A stretch of 64,000 nt of DNA from the NCBI RefSeq assembly GCF_009914755.1, contig NC_060940.1. The stretch is one strand, 5' to 3'. Each line of letters opens with the position of its first letter. Position 1 is the stretch's first letter. The notes under the pieces are model-generated. The model did not search any database and had not been told where the DNA came from. It was given only the letters and a program-made list of their open reading frames with translations. This DNA comes from the human T2T-CHM13v2.0 reference genome, Homo sapiens. Positions 40,376 through 55,339 of the stretch are shown in pieces. Made by a program: the position numbers and the translations under genes.

Positions 40376-42184
40376 TTATGGAGTCAGGAGCACACATACA
40401 TTCCTGGTTCTGTCAGCATTTCCCTAGGCGAGATGAGTCACACATTTATATTTTTACATATGCAGCGCGCTTGCAATTTTCCACTGGGGAAGATAGAAAA
40501 ACTTATTGAAAATAGTTAATCAGTTTTACAAAGATGCCATAGGTAGAGGTGCTTCCAGACCTATAGTTTTGAAAGTCACCTAGAGGATACCAGTCTGACT
40601 CAGAGCTTTATGAAGGCATATTCCTAATATCCTCCCTGTGCTCCACGAAGAACAATTGGTTTGGACATGAACTGGTTTCCATTTTTAGACTCCAGGCCCA
40701 CAGTATTCTAAGTAGGTTGGGGCTGTGCTGATTGTACCACTCTTTGGATTTTAGTGGATTTTCTTTTTAGGATTTCATGTAAGTAACCTGTGCAGAGAGT
40801 GAGGATAAATAAGAACAAGAATGACAAACCGATAGGCTACTTGACATCATTCCTTAATTCCAGGTCACTGGCGGACATCACTCATTCATCAGTACTCTGT
40901 TTTTCTCCCAAGAATGGATCTGACTCTTGAATTCTCTTTAATAGAGTGTTCTGGGAGGCTGTTACCAATTGACCAGGGTTGATGCACATGTTGAAACATC
41001 TTTGCCATTTCTTGATAGCTTCAGAAGAGATTTTAAAGTACTATTATTTTGATGTTGTTAGCTTTCAAAGATTAATTCCACAGAGATTTTTGGGCATCTT
41101 TTTGATAATACACATTATGCTTGACTTGGGAGTTTCAGGATGCGCAAGAGACTCCTTTTGACTGCAAGGACTCAGTAAAACAAAGTATTTCAAGGTCATG
41201 CTACAAAAAGTCCCACCAAGAGCATGGTCAGGAGGTACAGTGCACTTACCCACACGGATCAGAGAGGGATCAGAGGAGGCTGGCTGGGGAAATGATCCTA
41301 GGGCTTTCTTAAAGGACACAGCGCCATGGTTATTTAAGTACAGCTTTTAAGGAGAACTAACTTGCCACTTTGATAGCAGTATAGGACTCCAATATTTCTC
41401 ATTTGTAATTTTCAGAAGCACACGGGAGGTCTTTGAAATTTAATGTCTCCCTGCATCACAAACCAAAAGACGAGTCAGTTTATAAGTAGGCTGTGCTTAT
41501 TAACTCAGTCCTGGCTTTATTGATTGCTTTAGGTTCCATGATCTTTGGCATGTGAGTGGTTTTGCTTTGTTTTGACAATGATCTTTTTGTACCTTGTATC
41601 GGGTAGGTTGGAATGTGTTTGAAAATTTAAGAATATTTTCCTAGCAAAGGCAGGATTTTTCAAGTTTGTTCATGCTGGAGCTCCTGCCACGTATTTTGTC
41701 CTTTTTTCTTTTTTCTAGCAACTCTCGAGAGGATGAGACAAATGGATTGTGAAACTGGAAGGAGGGTTTCTCATTTTTTAATCCATTGTTTTAGTGAGAG
41801 TTTAAAGCTTTCCTATAAAATATGTGGGTTGAGAAAAATTGGAAAAGACCTCTTCAAGGACTTTCCTCTATGCTCCCTCATGTTTCAAGTGGCTTTTTTG
41901 CATGATGGTGCATATGTCTTTGTTTCTGTACAGGGCCCTCCATGTTCAGAGGCAGAGTAACGTGAATTCATTTTGCGCTAATGAGAGTTGCGATATGTCG
42001 GCCCAAACTCTCTGTGTCCTTTTCTTCTTGGGCTGATGAACTTGTCAACTTTTAAAAAATGTGCTCTCCAAAAATTTCCAGCAGGACTTTCCCACCTTGC
42101 TGTTTAAACAGTGAATCAGCCCTGTGGGCTTTGCTGCTTACAACATGATTCCGGTGAAACCACAGGTCTCGTCATGTCCCTTCT

Positions 42185-42993
<809 letters not shown>

Positions 42994-44070
42994 AGCTGTC
43001 AAGTTAGTTTCTTCCCAGAGAGAAAGACCGGTGGCTGTAGTCTGTGCCCCACTCCCAGCCTGTCCTTTCTCAGCCGTGGCTTGTGTGCATCCCTGGGGCC
43101 GGCATGTTGCTGCGAGCCCCAATCGATCAGTGGAGAAACGAGCTCTGGTGGGCAGTCAGGCAAAGCAGATACACGTGCTTCTTTTCAGCTTTGTTGGAAG
43201 GTTTCATTTTGCTTCAGGAACTAGGCAGGAGAATTCCTGAGTTCCTGTACAACCTGAGTTCTCTGTTAAAACAAGGAGGAAGTAATCATCCTGAGTTCGA
43301 TGATTCAGAGTAAGCCATTTAACTTGTAGAGCTTTGGGACTAACAATGATCCCTTTTTGGAGTCCTTAATTACTAAAATTATCAGCATATTTAGAGTTCT
43401 GAAGATGCTGAACCCTTATTGTATCTCCCCAGGGTTAGTGAGTAATTGGGAATAGTGTTCCATCTTGGATGCCCCCATCCACTAACCAGCTTTCCTCTTC
43501 GGGTGGTTCTAAGAATTCTAATTCAATTAGAAGGCCTTCTTTTTAGTTTGATTAGTTCAATATCAAGAGCTAAATACATTAGCTTATATATATGTCTGAT
43601 GAACTCATCTTTGCTTCCTTGGATCCCCAAGATAGAATGGCCCTAATGCAGTCAAACCACCCTGCAGAATCTTAACAGCACCACAAATATTGCATCCAGG
43701 CATCCTGCCCATGCTGGCTTGCAGGCTGGGGATCCCTGTCCATAGCGCCCATGGCTCCACCACCAGTCAAAGGTAGTGGGGCCAGCAGTGGACTCCTGTG
43801 TGGTTCAGCTCTCAAAAATGTGAACTGAAAGACACAGAAAAAGACTTGTGTTTGGGGATAAATACTGAGACTGAGCAGTCTTGTGGATTCAGGAATTGGG
43901 CATCCAGTTGGGACCCTTTGCAAGAAGGGTGTTAGGGAGCAGAGAGCATGAGTAAGCCGGAAGCAGAGCAGGAGAGAGAATGGAGCAGGTGTGCAAAGAG
44001 GGCGGTGAGATGCTGAGAGTAATGGGGCTGGCCCAGGAGGAAGTGAGAGGAAGCAAAGTGAGACAGAGGT

Positions 44071-44081
44071 GGTGTGTGAGC

Positions 44082-44125
<44 letters not shown>

Positions 44126-44143
44126 TTGAGAGAGAGAGAGACA
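44071..44143. repeat. Compound (TG)n(GA)n microsatellite
   Basis: About 18 pure TG units followed by gagagagagagaga. Confidence 0.95.
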
Positions 44144-44170
44144 GATGGAGGGAAAGAGAGGCGGGGGATT

Positions 44171-44470
44171 CCAGGTACAGTGGCTCATGTCTGTAATTCT
44201 AGCACTTTGGGAGGCCGGGGCGAGCAAATTGCTTGAACTCAGGAGTTCGAGGCTAGCCTGGGCAACACGGCAAAGCCCTCATCTCTACAAAAAATACAAA
44301 AATTAGCTGGGCTTGGTGACAGACGCTTGTAGTCTCAGCTACTCGGGAGGCTGAAGTGGGAGGATCTTTAGAGCCCAGGAAGTCTAGGCTGCAGTGAGCC
44401 ATGACCTTGCCACTGCACACCAGCCTGGGTGACAGAGGGAGACCTTGTCTCACCAAAAAAAAAAAAAAAA
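44171..44470 (+). mobile_element. AluJ
   Basis: Sense Alu with J diagnostics (gtgggaggatc, gagcccagga, gtgagccatga). Confidence 0.95.
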
Positions 44471-44904
44471 GAGAGAGAGGTTGAGCTCAACTGATCAGCA
44501 TCTCAGATTAAGGGCCTCCATTCCCCCCATGCTTTGTAATTGCTGCCTGTTTTCCATGAAGCCTGACTGTGCATTGGTTCTAAGTCATGGGCTCTGCAAG
44601 ATCCTCCTTGTGCCTTGAGAAGGGCCCTGTCCGCAGCCTGAGGAGCCTCAACTGTTCTCTGCACGACCTAGTTCTGGGCTAGGGAATGGCTGTCTAGCTT
44701 CAGTGGATTTCCAGGGTCCGGAGCTACTAAAGGTCAACAGCTGTGTTATTGCAAACTCTGTGGCCTGCATTCTATCAATGCCAAAATGCACATCACACTG
44801 ACAACAGCTCTTTGTTTACACCGGGGAGCCCCCAAAGCCCCAGGGTAATTCCATCACCACCCAAGTTGTAAGATGGTAGAGCGAACAGGCCAGAATGTGA
44901 TAAA

Positions 44905-45020
44905 GTAAAATGAAAGAAGAAAAAGGAGGAAGGAAAAAGAGAGAGGGAGAAGCAGATAGAGGAAAGAAGGAAGAAGGAAGGAGGAAGGAGGGAGGGAGGG
45001 AGACAGGGAAGGAAGGAAGT
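44905..45020. repeat. GA-rich low-complexity tract
   Basis: Purine-rich tract gaaggaagaaggaaggaggaaggagggaggg. Confidence 0.85.
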
Positions 45021-45494
45021 CTGGCAAGAGGGCACAGTCAGACCTGCCAGGATCCCTCTGCTGTCTTAATCAAGCTTTGCCTCAGTCTTTCTGGACTGAA
45101 TTTGTCTCTGTGTTCACTTGGCATTTTTTAAAAGGAGACAAAACAGGTGATGAACACAGCATGAGTGATTTTTCCCTTAAGAGAGAGGTGTCATGCTGAG
45201 AAAGAAGAACCGACCTCCAGGGGAGCTTGTCTTCAGACCAAAACCCTGGCAAGGACAGCCTGTTTGGATCTTGGTCATTTTGTTAGATTTATAAAGTGCC
45301 TTTGAACAGAGCAGGACACTCTGGGGACAAGTCAAAGCATGGCAGCCTTCAGCTTCCCAAAGAAGAGTTGTGGAGAAGGAAAAGTGAAGGAAAGTACCTT
45401 ACTAAGTCATTGATGGCACATTCAGCCCTTGTCAAAGTCAAAGAAGAAATTTGGAGAAATTCTCACCACTGTGCTTAGGAGTCACCCTGAACTA

Positions 45495-45891
<397 letters not shown>

Positions 45892-46110
45892 GCCAGATTC
45901 TCCACCTACCAGTGGTGGGGCCCCTTGGGCAACTTGTTTTCACTCCCTCAGAACCTCAGTTTCCTTTCCTATATAACGCAAGCCATAAGGTTAACCCCTC
46001 CTCGTGGTGATGTTAAGATGAAACAGGGAGGTGAGGGGCTTAACACATTTCCCTGTTCCCATAAGCTTTCAGGAGATCTTGGTAGTTTTCATCTCGGTCT
46101 TCATTACCAT
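45892..46110 (+). mobile_element. MIR
   Basis: MIR core ccttgggcaacttg...aacctcagtttcc. Confidence 0.7.
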
Positions 46111-46483
46111 CATCACTGCTTCAGACTCCTGTCCATGTGGGGCCCTGTGGTCTTGCGATCACCTCCATAAATGTTCCTTTGTTCCCGCCTAACACAATAC
46201 CAGCCACAAAATAATTCTCAACACATATTCATTAGTGGATGCAGGGGCGAAATGAAACTCAGGGGGTTGGGAAACTCACCTGAAGGATCTTCTCCCTCTC
46301 CCCACTTTCAGGCTCTCCTTTCACACGCATGCATTAATTCGTTCATTCTTGGAATCTACCCACCTGTGATGTGCTAGTTACTAAAGATGCAGCAATGAAT
46401 GAAAGGTAATCCTGTCCTTGAGGCATTCACAGGTAAAGAAGCCTGCTTGGGACATTGGGCCGTGAGCTCCAACAATGTCACTA

Positions 46484-46783
<300 letters not shown>

Positions 46784-47149
46784 TCATTTTACGTTGTATG
46801 TACCAGTATGCAAGTGTTGTATGGATGTGAGCGTCTGCGTAGGTTTTTATTTTTCTCTCTCAGAATGAAAGGTTTGATTCGTACCAGCTCCCCATCCCTT
46901 CCCACGATCCCATCTTAATGTCTGTTGTGGAAGTTGGCCCACAGAAGCCTCAAGGCTAACCAACAAGAAAGATCACTTCATATGCATTAGCTGGAAGGTA
47001 ACAAGAGGAAATCGCCTGCCAGGGTCCCTGACTCCCGGAGGAAAGTGTCCTCTGAGCCCTCCTTGAGGGACATAAATAGCCCCAAAAGTCACTGAATGCT
47101 AAGTTGGCTTTCTCCCCAAACCTTCTAAGTAGGCAATCAGGATTTAACG

Positions 47150-50100
47150 ACCCGCAAATTTCCAATTTTTTAGTTTATGAAAAAATATATCTACATATAA
47201 TTTTTGCCTCCATTAGAGTCTCATCTTTAAAAAAAAAAATTATTCAGTGACTTCCTCCCTCTCTTTCCAATGAGGAAAACTGGACTATTTATGCTGCATT
47301 TTAGGCTTTTTTTCATATATAATTTTTCATATAAATGCACATTTTCCCCTTCTTTCGGGGAGGAAATTTAACTTTTGTGGAAATGTGATGTGTGTTTAAA
47401 TTACCAATTTCATAGGCAATATGTCTGATAATTGCAGAGAGATACTGAGTTAACTTGTAGCAATGAGTTTCTGTGACAAAGGGAAATCAGTTTGTTTGCA
47501 GTAAGCCGAGGATAACGGCGCCGAAACTTTACTATTTGGGGGTGGGGGGAGGTTGGGGAAGGGAGGCCCTGAAATTGCTTTTTATAATTAAAAAGGGAAT
47601 CTCAGATGTTTTATATCTTGAATATTTACAATAAAACCTTTAAGTGCTTGTCAAGAGGGTAATGTGTCATTAACTGGGGACTCTGCCTCGCCTCTCCTCT
47701 CGGACATGACAGTGCGGCTGGATAAGAGAAGAGTAATTATAGTTCAGCAGGGCTGCCAGGTGTGATAAATGACTAATCAGCACGCAGGAGCCTCAGTCCT
47801 CAAAGGAGGACTATTACAGTGTTATCAGCTGCGGGCCTGGGTGTACGGAGCCCCGAACAGGGATGGGGACAGGACCTTGCGCTGTGCGGCTTGGCATGCT
47901 GCTCCAGAGTGAGCCCATGGCTGTCTCTTAGTTTTGTCACCGGCGGCTTTATGTGGCTGCCACGGGGGGACAGGAAACACACAGGGGCTCCAGCAATCTG
48001 CCTGGTGCTAATATTTATATAACACACTCGCCAGACTCCATGGCCTGAGTCCGGGGGTGGCTTTTCGGGGTGCAGCTTGGATGGCATCAGAACCTGCAAG
48101 AAGCCAAGACGCCTGTTCTCCACGGCGGAGCCCGCTGGTCGGTCACTCCTGTTCCTTTCGTGTCCGTTGGGTGCAGGCATTATTTCCAGTGTATGTGACC
48201 GCTTCCCCCGTGGGAACAGTGTGGCATTGTTCCCTGGGCAAGCCAACAGCTCAGCCCTGTCCTAGAGAACCCTGGAGCTACGACGAGGGTACCCTGGACC
48301 CCTGTCCTAAATGTTCTTTGACTCTGCTTAGCCACTGAGGATGTTTGCATTTGATTCATTTGCTTATTATGATCAAGAAACGTTACCTGTCAACATTGGA
48401 TAAACCATCCGAGGGAAATTAATCAAAACCCCCTTCAGACAAACTGCATCACATCGATTCTCTCCTTATAGGCCTTCTTGTTTTGTGTTCTCTGTGTGTG
48501 TTTTTTTTCCCCTAGCGTGCTGAAGGGTGGCATTGGAGTACCATTTAAAGAATAATTTTTAAGAAATGAACATCAGGACATAGACGTCTGAATATGAGGA
48601 AGTGCCTCATGTGAAAAAGGACGTAATGTGCTTTAAAGAAAGAAGAAGGAGATAGGACGACACTTTTGATACAAAGGTTATTTTTATAATACTTGCATTT
48701 TTATCGGTTCACGTATTTTAACAGGGAGCCCTGACTGAAGTCACAAAAATTATGACTCCGGCACCGAGGTACTTATCTGACAAATGCAATGCGAATGGTC
48801 TTGTTCTTATCAATGAGATCAGATTTCAGAAATGAATGCGAAGACCGAGGCGTTGCTTTGTGCACAGATAACCTTGCAGGCGCAAACTCCCAAACCAGAA
48901 TAAAAGAATTCTCTATGAAATAATGGGCCAGGAAGCCCAATCGCGTCACACTGTAATAGACAGTGGGGGGTGGAATCAAAAGGGGGAAAAAACTCATTTC
49001 ATCTCAGTTAATGGCAGGGAAACGAAGGCAGAGAAGGACTTTCTTTGGAGCGGAGCTGGTACGACAAAGAGCAGGGTTTCGCCGTGTCATGCACCATTTG
49101 CCGTTGCACTAGGGCTCTTTTCAGGAGCTGTGAAGCCATTATTATAATGTGAAAAAGGTGGAAAGAAATACTCCCTTCTGGACACTGGAAGGGCAAATGA
49201 GGTGCAAGCCTTTTTTTTTTCTTTCTTTTCTTCTTCTTCTTCTTCTTTTTTTTTTTTTTTTTTTTTGTTTTTCCTCCCAGCCTCTCTCCTTTCCCATTAT
49301 GCACAATGCGCTGAGAAAGGATTCCCAGTCCCCCTGGTAAAAAGTCTGAAGGATGCCGAGGAGTTCACTGTGCCCTTAGATAATAACAGTTTGTCTTGGC
49401 TCTGATCACCCCTTTTTGTGACTTAGCTGGCTGGGAAGTAGCAAAAGTATCTTCCAAGCTCAGCTTCTCTCTGCTTGCATTCTTTCCCAATACGTGATTC
49501 CAAAGCCCATGCCCAATCCTTGCACTGAAGCTTTTAGCAGGAAAGGTGAACAGAGGCATCTGGATGCATCGCGGCCAGTCTGCCCCTTGCCCAATTCCCT
49601 CCCCTCTCCTGCGTACAGGTCATCCCTGAGAAGTGTGCCTGTGGACTGCGTTCTTTGGGGTAGGACATGGAATGGGAAGATGAAAAGAAAGCCTTCCTTT
49701 TTCTGTCCTCAGCCGTAAGAAAGAATGGTTTCTTCACAGTGCCGATTGGTAAAACCAAGTTCTTTGTAAATTATGGAACCCAAGCTGGAACTTGGAGAGC
49801 ATTCTTCTAACTGAAGATAAATATGGTTGCCACTGTCTTTATAAAAAAAAAAGAAAAAGAAAAAGAAAGAGAGAAAGAGAAAAAACTGCAAAACCGCAAA
49901 CTGGCTTGTTCTTATGTGGTTGATGGGGACAGCAAGATTACATATATAGCCAGCATTTGATTCTCAGGACTGGTAAAGTGTGAAGAACAGCAGTGACATT
50001 CTAGTCTTCAATAAATCACTATAAAAATGTTTATGAACCCTGCAATTTACTGTCTTTTATATGCAAATTGAAAGGGGCATCATTGCAAGTGTAAAGGAGA

Positions 50101-51400
50101 CCCGAGGTGGCCTGAAGGAAGTGTAAAATGTTGCAGTAGGTTTTGGAGATTGTGTGATCTTAAATGGGATCATTTCCAAACGATTTTGCGTTTATACCTC
50201 TGTGACAGTTCGATTAATTTATTAATGAGATTGCTGTAAGTTGCAGGGAAGTAGAGGCCAGCTTGGAGTTAAAGGGTGGCTTTGAATGAAATACATTTTC
50301 ATTTCACTGAAAGAAGAGGGAAACTGGTGATTCCAAATCCAGATCCAAAAAGTTATTTTGGCAAAATGAAATCAGAACGTGGCCCCTTCCATGAAAGTCA
50401 GCTCAGGCGTAGAATGTTCTTTTTTTTAATTTTTTTTTTAACGAAACTCACATCTTCTTTAAATAAAATCTCCATTTAGAAATTTTTGAAGACTTGTGGA
50501 TAGAAGAAGTAACCTTGAAAAGGGCAGAGCTGAGCCAGACCCCTTTTCAGCTGGGTGCTCCCTGGAAGATGGATCTTGCCTTGTGGATGTTTTTCTACCG
50601 TGACAGAAGATAGAAAGGATGAAATAGAAAGAGTGTGAGTGAATTCTGCACCCACCCCCCCCCCCCAGCTTCCCCACCTGTAAAATGATTTGCTCAAAGT
50701 TTGCAAAGAATGGAGGCATATTCAAAGTGCTCAGCACTGGGCCGGACCCATGGGTATGAATTCATAATGATCAGCTTCATTCTCTCCCTTTCCCTCTCTC
50801 TCCACACCTTTCCATTCCTCCTAACTAATGTGGGAGAGAAGAGAAAATTACAGTGAGAGATGGTGGTCAGTTTACAACAGTATTTAGATGAGAATTAAGA
50901 TTATGTCCATTCAGGGAGACTCTAGTGTGCTCTACATCCCCCCAAAATGTGGGGACAATATGGCAAATATGGCCAGGTACAGTGACAGAAAGTAAACAGC
51001 CCATGAAAACAGGTTGCTCTGCAATTCTCCCAACTGTTCCCTTCCCGCTTCCCACCTGCCTCGTATGGAAAACACCCAAAGTAGGCACTGTTTATAGAGC
51101 CATCGCTTGCAGAACATCTCCCCGGCCTCCGACATATGTGCCATAAATGCTGCAGAGCTGCGTCCACAGTCCCTGCTCCGGAGAAGAGCATTTTGCTTGT
51201 TTTCAAACACAAGCATCCTCTCCCGCGCCTGGGAGGGCGAGGTGCGGATCTTTTCGCCTTGGCAGTCCCTCGCTCAAATGTGCGTCTCTGGCAAGTCCTG
51301 TCTGCTGATAGTTGATAGTGCTGCCACAGAGCGGCTGTCAGATTCCAAAGGCATCATACCATCTGCTTTTCCAATCTTCTGCTCTTCAATGTAGACATAT
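47150..51400. promoter_or_regulatory. Transposon-free candidate enhancer cluster
   Basis: No recognisable SINE/LINE/LTR; AT-rich motif-dense blocks alternate with CpG-retaining blocks; octamer ATGCAAAT 50061-50068. Confidence 0.45.
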
Positions 51401-52146
51401 GTTCGAGTGGTTCGTGTGTGTGCGTGGTGAGGGGGGTGCTATTTTCCGGGGGAAGAGGAGGAGGAGAGGATGCTTAACTCCAAGAGTCCTCAAAGCAAAC
51501 TGAAATAAAATTTTAAGTGATGCCAAAATAAGCAGTCCCAGCAAGACATGTTATAATATAAGGTCCTTTCCTTAAAACCATACCTATATCAGCTTTGGAA
51601 ATAACGTACCTCTTAACTGCATGGAAAATCTAGAAGATTCGTGGCTTGGGTCTGTTTCTATTCTTACCACGGTGACACGCAAAAGAATTTTTTAAAAAAT
51701 AGGTTTGTTGTTATTTCTGTATATCTGTATGGGCCTGACCTCCCTTTTCTCTGGGCTTTCTACTCCAGATTTTTATTTTATTTTTACACTTTCATTGCCC
51801 TTTGCTCTTTCTGGCTTTCACCTAAACAATAGCATGTATATACAACAGTACCTATAAAATTGACGCTCGTGTCACTGATCATGCCAAGAAACCTAATGTA
51901 TGGTGAATTTGCACTAGTATTTATTTCCTCCCTCCCTGTCTCTCCCCTCTCCTCCCCTCCCTTCCTTTCCCTCCTACCCCTCTTTCTTTGTATTATTCCC
52001 CTAGAAGGAAATATTCAAGCTGGCTTTAGAGAGGATAGCAATTGTAAGGTCAACCAAGTATGGGATGGGGACCGGAATAGATTTTCTCTGCAGATTTCAC
52101 GCTGCCTTCCCGGGAATTTCTGAATGTTTTGCAGCCTAATGTTTAG

Positions 52147-52454
<308 letters not shown>

Positions 52455-52799
52455 TAGCCTCCAACATTCTTTAAGAAAACTGCACCATGAGTAAAATGGG
52501 GACGTTTTTCTCTTCTGCTGGGACCCAGGACATGTTGGACTGCACATCAGTTCATTCTCTCTGATCTAAGGTGTTGGCTGCTCTTCTCCCTTCTCCACTG
52601 GGCTCTGAGCTTCTTGAGTGAAGGGTCTGTGGGTTTTCACGCTTTGTACTCGGGCCCAGAGCAGAGCCTACTGCCTTCACAGAAGATGCTCCACATGTGT
52701 TTGTAGAAGGAACTTGGAAGACAGTCAGTTTTAAAGATTTTTTCACTGAGGGACTAAGAGAAATAGAAACAGAGGGGATTGGCCACACCTGAAGTCATT

Positions 52800-52990
52800 C
52801 TGTGTTCAAATCTTGGCTCTACCACCTATGATCTGGGAGCTCTTAGAGGAGTTAATCGATGTAGTTAAGACTCAATTTCTTAGTATATACAATAGGTGTA
52901 ATAGTAAAAATTAGATGACTTTGATGTGTGTAGGTAAGCGGCTAGCACAGTGCTCAGCATGCATGAAGGACTCTTTCATTATCGTTATTA
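52800..52990 (+). mobile_element. MIR
   Basis: gttcaaatcttggctctaccacct...ctagcacagtgctcagca. Confidence 0.75.
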
Positions 52991-53467
52991 ACTGATGTTT
53001 TTAACTTATACATTGAAATGTGGAAACAAGCCTTGCTTCTATTGAATGACTTCTTGAAAGTGCCAGTCTGATCCTTGACCTTCAGGTGCATCTCTAAATT
53101 CTTTCATGTCAGGGTCTCTGAAATCTGAACACATCTCAAAGTTCCCTTATGCCTGGCAGGGGCGGTGTCCGACTTTGTTATTGCCTATGCATGTATAAAT
53201 GTCCCAAATGCCAGCAACCAAACTTGCAGGATGGGTGTTGACAGATTCCAGGAAAGTCCCAGATGTAACAGCGGAATATTCCACCTTCTAGGAACCAAAT
53301 GGCTGTGAAGTGGAGAGACAGGCAGAGCTAGAAATATTCCGGACGTGGAAATCAAAAGTAGGTTTGCGCAACACAACTGCAGAGCCAGCTCAAGAACCCA
53401 GCGCCAGTGGCTGATGCTTCTTCTTTTTTTTTTTTTTTAATGGATTCTTCTAAGGATGGCTGCATCA

Positions 53468-53752
53468 GCCAGGGGCAGCGGGTCATACCTGTAATCCCAG
53501 CACTTTGGGAGGCCAATGCAGGCGGATCATCTGAGGTCGGGAGTTCGAGACCAGCCTGACCAACATGGAGAAACCCCGTCTCTACTAAAAATACAAAATT
53601 AGCCAGGCGTAGTGGCACATGCCTGTAATCCCAGCTACTCGAGAGGCTGAGGCAGGAGAATCGCTTCAACCCAGAAGGCGGAAGTTGCGGTGAGCCGAGA
53701 TTGCACCATTGCACTCCAGCCTGGGCAGCAGGAGCGAAACTCCTTCTCAAGA
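53468..53752 (+). mobile_element. AluSp
   Basis: gtcgggagttcgagaccagcctgaccaacatggagaaaccc diagnostics; TSD ...gctgcatca. Confidence 0.96.
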
Positions 53753-53994
53753 AAGAAGGAATAGCTGCATCACTTATGCTCTTGATGGTACAGAAAATGA
53801 TCTGCATGGAGGAAATCTAGACATCAGCGATTCAGAGTCAAAATGTTATTCAGGGGAGAGAGACCCTTCATGTGAAGAAATTTTAGGAATACTTTAATTA
53901 TTTTTTCACTTACATTTTATAGTATTTATTGTATGCACCAGAGTGATTGGTGATAAAAATGGAGGCCTACTTAAGTCTAAGAGAGTTCTTGTGA

Positions 53995-54160
53995 AAGTGG
54001 GAGGGGGATGAGGGTTGGAAAATTGCCTGTTAGGTGCAATGTTCACTATTCAGATGATGGATACACTAAAAGTGCAGACTTCACCACTACGCCATATATG
54101 CGTGTAAGAAATTGGCACTTGTACCCTTGAAATACATAAAACTTTATAAAAAATTAAAAA
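53995..54160 (+). mobile_element. Short 5'-truncated L1PB/L1MA 3' end
   Basis: cactaaaagtgcagacttcaccactacg...cacttgtaccc, A tail; flanked by agagtt TSD-like sequence. Confidence 0.85.
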
Positions 54161-54551
54161 GAGTTACTGTAATGATTATAAAATGAAAATTCTACGTCAT
54201 GAGAAAGCATTGTGCCATATTTTCACCGGGAGCATTTTTTTTTCCTTAGGGGAAATGAAAAATAATGGCATCTATGATCTTAGATTTAGTAAAACGCAGT
54301 ATCTTCTTCCCCAGCTGAAATAGCGGAAGGGTCTCTTCAGGCTCCTGGGATAAAAACCAGGATCCTTCATGTGTCTGAGCAGGCTTCCCACCATTTGACT
54401 GCTGCTCCTTTGTCCAGACACATTTAACACCATCTCCCTGCACCCCTTCACTGGGCTCCGAAGCTGCGTTCACACGGCACGTCATTGGCAGCTCATCTCA
54501 GAAGGTTCCAGCTTTGCCTGGCAAATTCTCCTCCTTCCTTTAGATCCCATC

Positions 54552-55049
54552 TCTGGTAGACAGAGTAATGAGCCCCGAAGATGTCCAGGCCCTACTCCTA
54601 ATTCCATGGAACCTATAAATATGGGAGGTTACATGGCAGATGGGGAATTAAGGTTGCAGATGGAGTTAAGGTTGCTATTCACTCATCTTCAGATTGAAAG
54701 ATCATCCTGGATTATCTGGGTAGGCCCAGTCGAATCAGAGATGGGGAAAAGAGAGGCAGATGGGTCATAATCAGAGAGGTGGCTGAGTAAAGAGGACTTG
54801 GCCTGATGTTACCAGCTTTAAAGAGGGAGGAAGCGTCCAGGAGCCAAGGAATTCAGGCAGCGTCTAGAAGCCAGAAGAGGCAAGGAAAGAGATTCTCTCC
54901 CAGAACTTCCAGAAAGGCACGAAGCCCTGCTGACCTTTGATTTTAGCACAGTGATACCCATTGTGGCCTTCTGACCTTCAGAAAATAAATTTGTTTTAAG
55001 CCACTAATTTGGGGGTAATTTGTTACAGCAGCCAGAGGAAGCTAAGGCA
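54552..55049 (+). mobile_element. MLT1D solo LTR, within L2
   Basis: ggggaattaaggttgcagatggagttaaggttgct...atcctggattatctggg...taatttgttacagcagc. Confidence 0.92.
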
Positions 55050-55059
55050 CCCTATAATA

Positions 55060-55335
55060 TACCCTCTAAAAGCCCCTTTCTTGGGAAGTTCTCCAGCCTT
55101 CCCCATTGACTCTCAGAGGACCCTGGACCTCTCTTCCATGGCATTGCCATGGTTTGTCATGTTGCACTTATTTGTGTGATGATTTAATTAATACTCATCT
55201 GCCCCACTGGACGTGGGCAGGAATAGTGTGTGGTTCAACTATGAGATTCCTAGGGCCTACCACCGCCTGGGGTCCAAGAAGAGCTCAGCGAGTATTTGCA
55301 GAGTGAGTGAATGCAGGAAGGAGTCAATAAATACA
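55060..55335 (+). mobile_element. L2 3' fragment
   Basis: gggaagttctcc...catctgccccactggac...gagtgagtgaatg. Confidence 0.65.
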
Positions 55336-55339
55336 TTAA

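Larger units (their letters stand above)
53065..54301 (+). mobile_element. TcMar-Tigger (pogo-like, possibly Tigger13a) DNA transposon with nested Alu and L1
   Basis: Translates to KLAGWV...KVP and [13 protein letters not shown], resembling the pogo transposase C-terminus; end aaaataatgg...tcttagatttagtaaaacgcagta. Confidence 0.7.

Noticed and set aside
43730-43760. Possible REST/RE1 site; also CTCF-like partial motifs near 2000, 59695 and 63125
   Set aside because: Too many mismatches to the consensus to support
47800-48338. Overlapping ORFs in the GC-rich patch
   Set aside because: Expected from GC content; no recognisable protein similarity or splice structure
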